Shown here in pieces: positions 37,519 to 45,640 of a DNA stretch of 64,000 nucleotides. The notes beneath the pieces are model-generated. The model did not search any database. It was not told the origin of the DNA and was given only the letters and a program-made list of their open reading frames with translations. Location of the stretch: contig JBBCAW010000038.1 in NCBI GenBank assembly GCA_051382295.1, positions 1-64,000 of the forward strand, in the 5' to 3' direction. This stretch comes from Bdellovibrionota bacterium FG-1 (GTDB taxonomy: Bacteria; Bdellovibrionota; UBA1018). Every line of letters begins with the position of its first letter. The stretch's first letter is position 1. Made by a program: the position numbers and the translations under genes.

Positions 37519-38265
37519 ATGTCCGTAGCACGGCTTGGCGTTAATATTGATCATATCGCGACGCTCAGACAACTCCGGGGGACTGCTTACCCTGATATTC
37601 TTGAGGCGGCCCAAATCGCTGAAGGTGCGGGAGCCGAACAGATCACCGTTCACCTGCGCGAAGATCGTCGTCATATTCAGGACGATGATGTCAAACGGCT
37701 GAAGGCTGAACTCCGAGTCCCGTTGAATCTAGAAATGGCTGCGACTGATGAAATGGTTCGGTTTGCTTGTCGACTGAGGCCGGACTGGGCCTGTCTGGTC
37801 CCCGAGAAACGCAAAGAACTCACCACCGAGGGTGGGTTGGATATTCAGGGCAATAAAAAGCGAGTTTTGTCGGCAGTGACGCGTCTACAGAAGGCTGGCA
37901 TTCGCGTAAGCTTGTTTATCGAGCCATCGCCTTCGATCGTTCGGCTGAGTCATGAACTCAGGGCCGATGCCGTGGAGTTTCATACAGGGCGCTATTGTCT
38001 GGCCACTCAGCAGCCGGGGGCACGGGCGCAAACTCGAACCTCAGTTGAACTCGAACGCCTTAAAAAAGCGGCCCTTTTGGCGCGAGACCTGGGGGTTCAC
38101 CCTCATGCCGGGCATGGTTTTGATTATCAAAACATTCGTCCCGTTGCTGTCCAGGCGCCCCTGATTGAAGAATATAATATTGGCCATGCCATCATCTGCC
38201 GAGCCGCACTCGTGGGCTTAGAGCGGGCAGTGAGAGAAATGGTATCCGCAATTCGCGCTCCCTAA
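37519..38265 (+). CDS. pdxJ: Pyridoxine 5'-phosphate synthase
   Basis: LGVNIDHIATLRQ, HLREDRRHI, LVPE.R.ELTTEGG, HAGHG and NIGH. Confidence 0.96.
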   Translation: MSVARLGVNIDHIATLRQLRGTAYPDILEAAQIAEGAGAEQITVHLREDRRHIQDDDVKRLKAELRVPLNLEMAATDEMVRFACRLRPDWACLVPEKRKELTTEGGLDIQGNKKRVLSAVTRLQKAGIRVSLFIEPSPSIVRLSHELRADAVEFHTGRYCLATQQPGARAQTRTSVELERLKKAALLARDLGVHPHAGHGFDYQNIRPVAVQAPLIEEYNIGHAIICRAALVGLERAVREMVSAIRAP

Positions 38266-38266
38266 A

Positions 38267-39919
38267 ATGAGAGGCTACGAGATGATCAATATGCCTGGAA
38301 AAATGGTAAATCCTCAACTCAGAATCTGTACGAGTCATGAGATGAGAGAACTTGATTCGATTGCGGAGCATGAGTATGGCTTGGATGCCATTCTTTTGAT
38401 GGAAAACGCCGGCCGCGCGGCCGCTCAAATTTTATTGGAGCGCTACCCCCATGCGGGGCGTGAAACGGAAGCCCTCGTTTTTGCCGGAAAAGGCAACAAT
38501 GCGGGAGATGCTTTTGTCGTGGCCCGACGACTGTTGTGCATGGATCGAAAGGTGAGGGTTTTTCATCTTCAGCCTGAAAGCGGGTATACCGGGGCAACTT
38601 TAAAGAATTTTCAAATCCTTAAGAAGCTCAAAGCCAAATTGGTCTGTCTTGAGGCCTCTTCTGATTTGCAGGATTTTTTTAATAGCTCTCGAGGACCCTT
38701 TACTATTGTTGACGGAATTTTTGGGACTGGTCTCAAAGGTGATCTCGAAGGGATGTTTTACGAAGTCGTCGAAATGATCAACGCTCAAAACTCGCCTGAA
38801 GTCGTTTCGCTGGATATTCCAAGTGGCGTCAGTGGGGATACCGGTGCGGTTCACGGTAACTCCGTGATGGCCTCGATGACCGTGTCTTTTGGTTTTCCAA
38901 AATTGGGGCATTTTTTGCCACCTGGGGCTGCACGGCGGGGCGAATTGATTAATGTGGATATTTCGCTGCCCGCGCGGTTTCGAAAAGAGGGTGATAAATT
39001 TCTTCTTCTCAAGCAGCCCATTGCTCATTTAGTGCAAGAGCGGGATCGTTACGGCCACAAAAATTCTTTTGGACATACCTTGTTGATCGGTGGGAGTCCC
39101 GGACGTCTGGGGGCCATCGTGATGGCGGCCCGGGCATGTCATCGGATCGGCACGGGGCTGGTCACCATCGCAAGTTGGGAGGATTCGTTTAACAATCTCC
39201 TTCTTAAGATTCCGAACGAAACCATGGCGGTGCCGCTTAAGTTTTCTGGGCCAGAGTACGATGTTTACTTGCGAAACCTTCCCACCTATTCGAGTATCGT
39301 CGTGGGTCCAGGGTTAGGCTTGCGCGCCGAAGGGCGCAAGCTCCTTGAAGAGTTACTCATGAGCTATCACGGTCCCATGGTGGTGGACGCGGATGCTCTC
39401 AATTTAATTGCCGACCACAAACTCCACGAGCTTTTGATTCGACGTCGAGCGCCTACGGTGTTGACTCCTCATTTGGGTGAAATGGCTCGTCTCATGGGGG
39501 TTAGCAAAGAAGAGGTTCGGCAGGATCCCGTTCGCATGATTAAAGAGGGCGTGGCCGCCACTCATTCGATTATGCTTTTAAAAGGGGCGGCCACGATTAT
39601 TACGTCGCCGGAGGATCAACTCTATTTAAATCACTATCCTAATGATGGAATGGCGACGGCGGGGAGTGGTGATGTTCTGGCGGGAATGATTGGCGGACTG
39701 CTTGGACAAGGCATGGATCCTTTTCCCGGTACTCTTTTGGGTGTATATTTGCATAGCTTAGCGGGAGATTTTGCCGCTAAAGCCCTGGGGCATCGAAGTA
39801 TGACTGCTCAAGATATTATCGAGAACATCAGCAATGCCTTCAAAGACATCAAAATCTCGGAACAAACAGTCTCGCTCCCCAAAGTCTCAGCTTTGGAAGG
39901 CCGCGACCGCCTGCTCTGA
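38267..39919 (+). CDS. nnr: Bifunctional NAD(P)H-hydrate epimerase/dehydratase
   Basis: LMENAG, GKGNNAGD, DGIFGTG, DIPSG, HK..FG, DADAL, TPH.GEM and ATAGSGDVL; exact start uncertain. Confidence 0.93.
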   Translation: MRGYEMINMPGKMVNPQLRICTSHEMRELDSIAEHEYGLDAILLMENAGRAAAQILLERYPHAGRETEALVFAGKGNNAGDAFVVARRLLCMDRKVRVFHLQPESGYTGATLKNFQILKKLKAKLVCLEASSDLQDFFNSSRGPFTIVDGIFGTGLKGDLEGMFYEVVEMINAQNSPEVVSLDIPSGVSGDTGAVHGNSVMASMTVSFGFPKLGHFLPPGAARRGELINVDISLPARFRKEGDKFLLLKQPIAHLVQERDRYGHKNSFGHTLLIGGSPGRLGAIVMAARACHRIGTGLVTIASWEDSFNNLLLKIPNETMAVPLKFSGPEYDVYLRNLPTYSSIVVGPGLGLRAEGRKLLEELLMSYHGPMVVDADALNLIADHKLHELLIRRRAPTVLTPHLGEMARLMGVSKEEVRQDPVRMIKEGVAATHSIMLLKGAATIITSPEDQLYLNHYPNDGMATAGSGDVLAGMIGGLLGQGMDPFPGTLLGVYLHSLAGDFAAKALGHRSMTAQDIIENISNAFKDIKISEQTVSLPKVSALEGRDRLL

Positions 39920-40349
39920 GGGACATCTTCAGAAAATGGCCAAAGCGTTTGCCCCGGCACTGCGTTGTGGGGATCGTGTACTTTTGGAGGGACCCATGGG
40001 GGTGGGTAAAACCACTTTTTCACGAGCGCTTCTCGAAGGTTTAGGCGTGATTCAACCTTCTGAGGGGAGTCCTACCTTTGCGCTTGTTCATGAATACCAG
40101 TCCCCTCAAGGACAGATTGCGCATATGGATTTTTATCGAATCCGATCTGAGACTGAAATTCAGGAAGCAGGACTGGAAACCTATTTTTGGGAGCGCGACG
40201 TGATCGTTCTTGCGGAGTGGACCTCTTTGTGGCCGCAGTTCGAGTGTGCGGTGATGGCCTCAGGTCGAAATTGGACTGTCTCACTTGGGTTCACAACTGG
40301 CAGTCCGGAGCTTCGAGAGATTCAAATCACGCTACTGGCTTTTTGCTAA
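39834..40349 (+). CDS. tsaE: tRNA threonylcarbamoyladenosine biosynthesis ATPase
   Basis: GPMGVGKTT, SPTF, HMDFYR and EW motifs; start 39834 or 39936. Confidence 0.9.
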   Translation: MPSKTSKSRNKQSRSPKSQLWKAATACSEGHLQKMAKAFAPALRCGDRVLLEGPMGVGKTTFSRALLEGLGVIQPSEGSPTFALVHEYQSPQGQIAHMDFYRIRSETEIQEAGLETYFWERDVIVLAEWTSLWPQFECAVMASGRNWTVSLGFTTGSPELREIQITLLAFC

Positions 40350-41088
40350 AATTGGCGGCAGGGATCGGAGATCCAATGAGTGCGAGAGCCGATGTTAATT
40401 CAGTGATGATGCTTGTTTCAGAAACGAGAGCAAGCACGCCCCGGCAGTCGGTGGGCGGTCCGGCTCGGACCAGTAAGAGCCATTCCTGGGGGTCGATTCC
40501 AAATGCCGCACGCACGACGTTTCGATTGCTTTTAATGTAAGTGTTGGCGCTGGGAGGACTCAGTTCGACAAAACCCGCTCGCACAAAGTGGTTCCATAAC
40601 TCGGGGACGAGCATTGGGTCCCATTTGAGTCCGGACCAAAGTTCGGTTTTTTGTGGCGGCGCTAATGCTGCGGTGCCGATAAAATGTGGAACAGGACTGC
40701 CAGCAGGGGGTGTGGTGATGGATAAAAACAGGGCGCAAGTGGCACCTCGGTCGAGCGCCAAGGCTAGACCTTTTCCTAAGGGGTCCGGGCCCGCCTTAAG
40801 TTGTTCAACCTTCCAGGCGATCAAGGAGGGGGCCGTCTTTCGATTGTTGCGGGGTTTGGCCAGCTGAATGCGCAGAAGGGTGGGGGGAGGTAGCTCTATT
40901 TCTCGGGTCGGGGGTGGCAGTGTATCTAAGGCTAAAGCAGGCTGTTGCTTGTAATTGTCTGAAACTGAGAGCTTTTTTCTATTTAATAGCCGAGTAACAC
41001 TCGGAACATCGATCATTTCACTCTCGTCGTTGTCGACTGTGAAGGGATCTCCGGGCTTTTTTGGTGGAATTTTCAGATCGTTTGCCAT
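40327..41088 (-). CDS. Hypothetical cytoplasmic protein
   Basis: 253-aa ORF with AAAGGGG RBS-like sequence; no recognised motif. Confidence 0.6.
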   Translation of the reverse strand: MANDLKIPPKKPGDPFTVDNDESEMIDVPSVTRLLNRKKLSVSDNYKQQPALALDTLPPPTREIELPPPTLLRIQLAKPRNNRKTAPSLIAWKVEQLKAGPDPLGKGLALALDRGATCALFLSITTPPAGSPVPHFIGTAALAPPQKTELWSGLKWDPMLVPELWNHFVRAGFVELSPPSANTYIKSNRNVVRAAFGIDPQEWLLLVRAGPPTDCRGVLALVSETSIITELTSALALIGSPIPAANFSKKPVA

Positions 41089-41262
41089 TCAGGTGAAGCC
41101 CCTTTCCCTTTACTTTTCGGTGCCCTGAGATAAAACCTGAGCTCCTCATTCTTAATGCGACCAAAAAAGTATGAAAAAATCTAGAACAGTAGTTGACGTT
41201 ACAGATACAGCATGATACGCCCTATATAGGATTTGTGAGAGGAAAAGGGAGAAGAAAGATAT

Positions 41263-41778
41263 ATGCGCTTAACTTCAAAAGGACGGTATTCCGTTCGTGC
41301 CATTCTGGATCTGACTTTTAATTCGAACGGTCGTCCCGTTCGGCTTCAAGAAATTTCGGAGCGTCAAAAAATTTCGCTTCATTACTTGGAACAGCTATTT
41401 CGTCGTCTTCGAAAAGGCTCAGTAGTCAAGAGCGTACGCGGGCCTGGTGGCGGTTATGTGCTCGCCCGCTCGATGGATGAGATCTCGATTAAGGACGTCC
41501 TTCTCAGCGTGGGCGAAAATATTAACCCGGCCCGTGATTTGATTGGTGCGGGCGATATTAAGAGCGACACCGTTGAGTTTGTGTTGACCAAAAGCTACTT
41601 TGAAAACCTCGGACTGATCATGCAGGAATACCTGACCACCACGTCGGTGGGTGACCTCATTCGTAAGGCTCGTGGGACTCAAGAACTTCCAAAGGCGGCC
41701 TCCATGCATTCCGATATTTCGGGATTCCAAGTCCCCGCCCCTCAGACAAATGCTGGCAAGGGCCGCGATTTATCTTGA
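41263..41778 (+). CDS. Rrf2-family transcriptional regulator (IscR/CymR-like, cysteine-free)
   Basis: MRLTSKGRY, ISLHYLEQLF and SVRGPGGGY; no Cys anywhere in the protein. Confidence 0.92.
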   Translation: MRLTSKGRYSVRAILDLTFNSNGRPVRLQEISERQKISLHYLEQLFRRLRKGSVVKSVRGPGGGYVLARSMDEISIKDVLLSVGENINPARDLIGAGDIKSDTVEFVLTKSYFENLGLIMQEYLTTTSVGDLIRKARGTQELPKAASMHSDISGFQVPAPQTNAGKGRDLS

Positions 41779-42970
41779 TGCGAATGCAGGCTGTCCTCTG
41801 AGTCTTCGGGCTCAAGAGGCGCTTCTTTCTTTTCTAAAAGGTGCGAGTGCAAAAGAATCGATGGAATCATCGCTCAAGCACTCGCACCCTTTTTATTTTC
41901 TAGCCAACCCCTCCAGTCTTCATTCCCACGGACGATTAGCTGCCAAGTTTTTAACTGAGGCTCGAGAGCAGGTTGCGCGCTCCTTGGGGCTGCAAACCTC
42001 AGATGAAGTGATTTTCACGTCTTCGGGCAGTGAAGCTAATCAGATGGCCATTCGTGCTTTTCTTGAACCGCCGCTGCAAAAAAGGGAATGTCCGCACTGG
42101 ATTCTGACTCAGGCAGAACATGACTCCAATCTCCAAATGATTGACTGGCTGAACCGTCGGGGTGGGCGGGTCAGTTTATGGTCCATGAGCCCTGATGGCT
42201 CGCCTTGCCTAGACGAATTAGCTTCACTTCTTTGCCCTCAAACGTCGCTGGTGAGTTGTCTTTGGGTGAATAACGAAACCGGCGTAATCACAGATATTGA
42301 AAGGCTGAAAGGAATTTTGGCCCCAGCTGGGATACCGTTGCATTTAGATGGAGCACAGGCCTGGGGCAAGCTCGAAATGGATTTAAAAACGACAGGCGCA
42401 AGCGCAGCCACTTTTTCCGGCCATAAAATTGGAGGGCCCGCTGGGATTGGGGTTCTTTGGATAGCAAAAACCTTAGACGAACGGCTGCGGAAAAATTCAA
42501 TTTTACCGGGAAAACAAGAAGGTGCGCGGCGCGGGGGAACTCAAAACATTTTTGGAGCCATTGCGCTGGGAGCCGCGGCAGCGGAAGTAAATCCTGCTTC
42601 ATGGGTAAAGTCGGTGGAACCCCTTCAACTCAGGCTCGAGTCTGAGGTTTGTCGTCGAATTTCAGGGGCGCATATTTATGGGAAATCGGCCTTAAGAGTG
42701 GGTAATACGAGTAGTCTCGGGTTTAATGGAATCGAAAAACCAGGTTTGGTGATGGCTTTAGATCTTGCGGGGTTTTCGGTGAGCGCAGGATCCGCGTGCT
42801 CGAGTGGTATTGCTCAGCCTTCGCATGTCTTGCGATCCATGGGTCTTTCGAATGGACAGGCGCTTGGGGCCTTGCGGGTCTCTGTTTCGTTAAGCAATAC
42901 TGTAGAAGAAATTGACGCCTTTGTTTGCGAACTTGAAAAGGTCGTAGGGCGACTGAGGGCTTTAGGATGA
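41750..42970 (+). CDS. iscS: Cysteine desulfurase (IscS/NifS group I)
   Basis: IYLDANA, NPSSLH, FTSSGSEAN, NNETG, SGHK (PLP Lys) and SAGSACSSG; start moved to ATG 41750. Confidence 0.88.
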   Translation: MLARAAIYLDANAGCPLSLRAQEALLSFLKGASAKESMESSLKHSHPFYFLANPSSLHSHGRLAAKFLTEAREQVARSLGLQTSDEVIFTSSGSEANQMAIRAFLEPPLQKRECPHWILTQAEHDSNLQMIDWLNRRGGRVSLWSMSPDGSPCLDELASLLCPQTSLVSCLWVNNETGVITDIERLKGILAPAGIPLHLDGAQAWGKLEMDLKTTGASAATFSGHKIGGPAGIGVLWIAKTLDERLRKNSILPGKQEGARRGGTQNIFGAIALGAAAAEVNPASWVKSVEPLQLRLESEVCRRISGAHIYGKSALRVGNTSSLGFNGIEKPGLVMALDLAGFSVSAGSACSSGIAQPSHVLRSMGLSNGQALGALRVSVSLSNTVEEIDAFVCELEKVVGRLRALG

Positions 42971-44151
42971 GTGGCACCGGCGGGTATCAAAAAAATTTAC
43001 AAAAAGAGTCTCCCTTAACCGGATCGGCGGAGTCAAAAAAAGTCTTGATCGCCATGAGCGGGGGGCCTAGCAGCGCGGTCGCGGCAGCACTTCTCAAAAG
43101 TCAGGGACACCAATTACAAGGCGTTTTTTTTCATGTTTGCGATCCGAAAGAACCGGTCGAAACTCGCTTTGAGTCTCGCTGTTGTTTAGGTAAAAGTCTC
43201 GAATCGGCTCAGCGGATTTGTCGAAAGCTGGATATGCCTCTCCATGTGGTTCATTTGGAGGGGCGTTATCAGGATAAGGTGGTGGATTATTTTATTCATG
43301 GAAAACTTCAGGGCAAACTGCCCATTGCCTGTATTCCTTGCAATATGGATATTCGCTTTTATGGTCTTTTTGAAAAAGCCAAGGAACTGGGATTTGACTA
43401 TGTAGCCACCGGGCATCATGTGCAGGTTTTTCACGGGGTTTCTATTGGCGGAAAGCCCGCGCTCGCCCGTTTATTGAGAGCGGTCAATGCAGATCGCGAT
43501 CAGAGTTATTTTTTATTTGGCCTCACACAGGACCAACTCTGCAGGCTGATGACGCCCTCGGGAGGTTTTAGTCAGACCATGTTGTTGAGGTTAGCTAAAG
43601 AATTTGACTTACCGCCTCTTGAAGCGCCTCAGCAACAGAGGATTTGCTCAATCGAGGTAGATTCCTACAAAGTGCTGATTGAAAACAGGACGGCCGCATC
43701 GCTTCGCGCTCATGGTAATATTCGGAAGCGAAATGGAGATGTTGTGGGAGGGCATTCTGGCTTGTATCAATACCGGGTGGGGCAAGAGCCTAAGCTGCAT
43801 CAGTCGATTAAGGAAAAATACAAGATTATGGCTTTGGATGTGGTTCAACACTTTGCTGTAGTGGGACTCGAGCCAGATCTCCTTCAAACTGAAGTGAGAG
43901 CGGGAAAGGTATCCTGGGTGCGACCCCATGATGGAGTCAAAATGCTTCATTGCGAGGCAAGAATCACGCCGTCCCAACAGGAGGCCACGCCTTGTCGGGT
44001 GTTCTCATTTGAAAATCGAAATATTCGCGTAGAATTTGAGATTCCAGTCGCAACTCTTCAGGCGGGGCAAGCCATTGCTTTTTATGAGGCGGATGAAGTT
44101 TTAGGTGGCGCAATTGTCGAAAACGTAGGAATTCAGCCGCGTGACGAATGA
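42967..44151 (+). CDS. mnmA: tRNA 2-thiouridylase MnmA-like protein with altered PP-loop
   Basis: AMSGGPSSAVAAALL, CIPCN, ATGHH, DQSYFL and GQAIAFY....LGG; follows the desulfurase gene. Confidence 0.75.
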   Translation: MSGTGGYQKNLQKESPLTGSAESKKVLIAMSGGPSSAVAAALLKSQGHQLQGVFFHVCDPKEPVETRFESRCCLGKSLESAQRICRKLDMPLHVVHLEGRYQDKVVDYFIHGKLQGKLPIACIPCNMDIRFYGLFEKAKELGFDYVATGHHVQVFHGVSIGGKPALARLLRAVNADRDQSYFLFGLTQDQLCRLMTPSGGFSQTMLLRLAKEFDLPPLEAPQQQRICSIEVDSYKVLIENRTAASLRAHGNIRKRNGDVVGGHSGLYQYRVGQEPKLHQSIKEKYKIMALDVVQHFAVVGLEPDLLQTEVRAGKVSWVRPHDGVKMLHCEARITPSQQEATPCRVFSFENRNIRVEFEIPVATLQAGQAIAFYEADEVLGGAIVENVGIQPRDE

Positions 44152-45640
44152 GTCGAATTATTATGTATTGAAGACGTTGGGATGCAAATCCAATATTTAT
44201 GATAGCCAGCTAATCGAGGCGGAGCTGCGCCGCCGGGGGTGGTGTCCCTTTGAGCCAGACGCAGACAGTAGATGTTTAGGCGTCCCGAAGCTTTGTATTG
44301 TGAATAGTTGTACAGTCACGGACGAGGCTGACCGCCAAACGCGAAAACTGGCCTCTCGGCTCAGTCGGGAAAACCCTCAGGCGCGTGTTGTCGTCACGGG
44401 GTGTGGTGCCGAAATAGATCCCGAGCGCTTGGCTCGCTCAGTAGGCATTCATTATGTGGTCGGTAATCAGGATAAGCCACGAATGGTGGAGCTGATCCTA
44501 GAAAAAATGAACCAGCAAGATAACTCCACTTCAGGCGAGATTTTAGGCGCGGTCAGCGGGTATTCTGAAATGACTTCGCGTCACCCCTTGGATCGCGAAT
44601 GGCCTTCGGTGGAAGCCTCATTTGTGACCCCGCCCGTGGGCTTGGATGGACACGCGGGCAAGACGCGAGCGTTTTTGAAAATCCAAGAGGGTTGTAATTC
44701 GTTTTGTACTTATTGCATTATTCCTTACGGTAGGGGGCCGGCTCGAAGCTTAAAACCACGAGAGGTTCTTTCGCAGGTCCTGATCCTTGTGAACGAAGGG
44801 GTTCGTGAAATCGTAATTACGGGTACTAACGTGGGTGATTATGGCGTGGATTGGGGTATGGATCCCCAAACTGCGCTAGCGGAGTTGTTCGCGCTCATTT
44901 TAGATGAGTCACCGTTGGAGCGTTTACGTGTAGGCTCGTTAGATCCGACAGAGATTACTCCTGCACTTTTAAAGCTCATGGCTAAGAATCCCCGGCTTTG
45001 CCCGCATTTCCATGTTTCTTTGCAAGCTACCGACGGCGCTATTCTGAGACGCATGAAACGAAAGTATGGACCAGTCGAAGTTCGGGAATGTTTAAAGCAA
45101 ATCGCCTCACTCAACATGCTTCCGGGCGGGGTATTTGTGGGGATGGATTTGATTGCAGGATTTCCGGGTGAGCAGACCACAGATTTCGAAGTGACCTTGG
45201 CCGCATTGAGTGAGTTGGAGTGGAGCCGTCTTCATGTTTTCCCCTATAGCGAGCGGGAGGGGACGCCTGCCACGCGACTGCCGGGCAGTGTTTCCCATCA
45301 AGAGCGAATGAGGCGTTCCAAAAAGTTGGGCGAGCTCAGTTTTGCGCGGATTCAGCGGCACTATGAAAGAGCACTTGAACAATGCAAAATGAGTTCAAAG
45401 GGGCTCCTTAAAGGGGTACTTTTTGAACGCCCGATGGATCGAGTACCCGAGGCTTGGAGTACGGGCGAGCAGGGCGTTATTTGGGCCAATGGATATACTG
45501 CAAATTATTTGCGTGTCGTCATTCCTTTACCCCGTGATAGGGCGCAAGAACTTCGTAATCAAATTCTAGATGTAGTGCCGACGTCAGTCCTTATTGACGC
45601 GGCAGCGGGTGAAGCTGTTTTTTTAGCTCGTCTGCCGTAA
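44141..45640 (+). CDS. mtaB: tRNA t6A37 methylthiotransferase (radical SAM)
   Basis: TLGCK.N, NSCTVT..AD, VTGC, KIQEGCNSFCTYC and HVFPYSEREGT. Confidence 0.88.
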   Translation: MTNESNYYVLKTLGCKSNIYDSQLIEAELRRRGWCPFEPDADSRCLGVPKLCIVNSCTVTDEADRQTRKLASRLSRENPQARVVVTGCGAEIDPERLARSVGIHYVVGNQDKPRMVELILEKMNQQDNSTSGEILGAVSGYSEMTSRHPLDREWPSVEASFVTPPVGLDGHAGKTRAFLKIQEGCNSFCTYCIIPYGRGPARSLKPREVLSQVLILVNEGVREIVITGTNVGDYGVDWGMDPQTALAELFALILDESPLERLRVGSLDPTEITPALLKLMAKNPRLCPHFHVSLQATDGAILRRMKRKYGPVEVRECLKQIASLNMLPGGVFVGMDLIAGFPGEQTTDFEVTLAALSELEWSRLHVFPYSEREGTPATRLPGSVSHQERMRRSKKLGELSFARIQRHYERALEQCKMSSKGLLKGVLFERPMDRVPEAWSTGEQGVIWANGYTANYLRVVIPLPRDRAQELRNQILDVVPTSVLIDAAAGEAVFLARLP

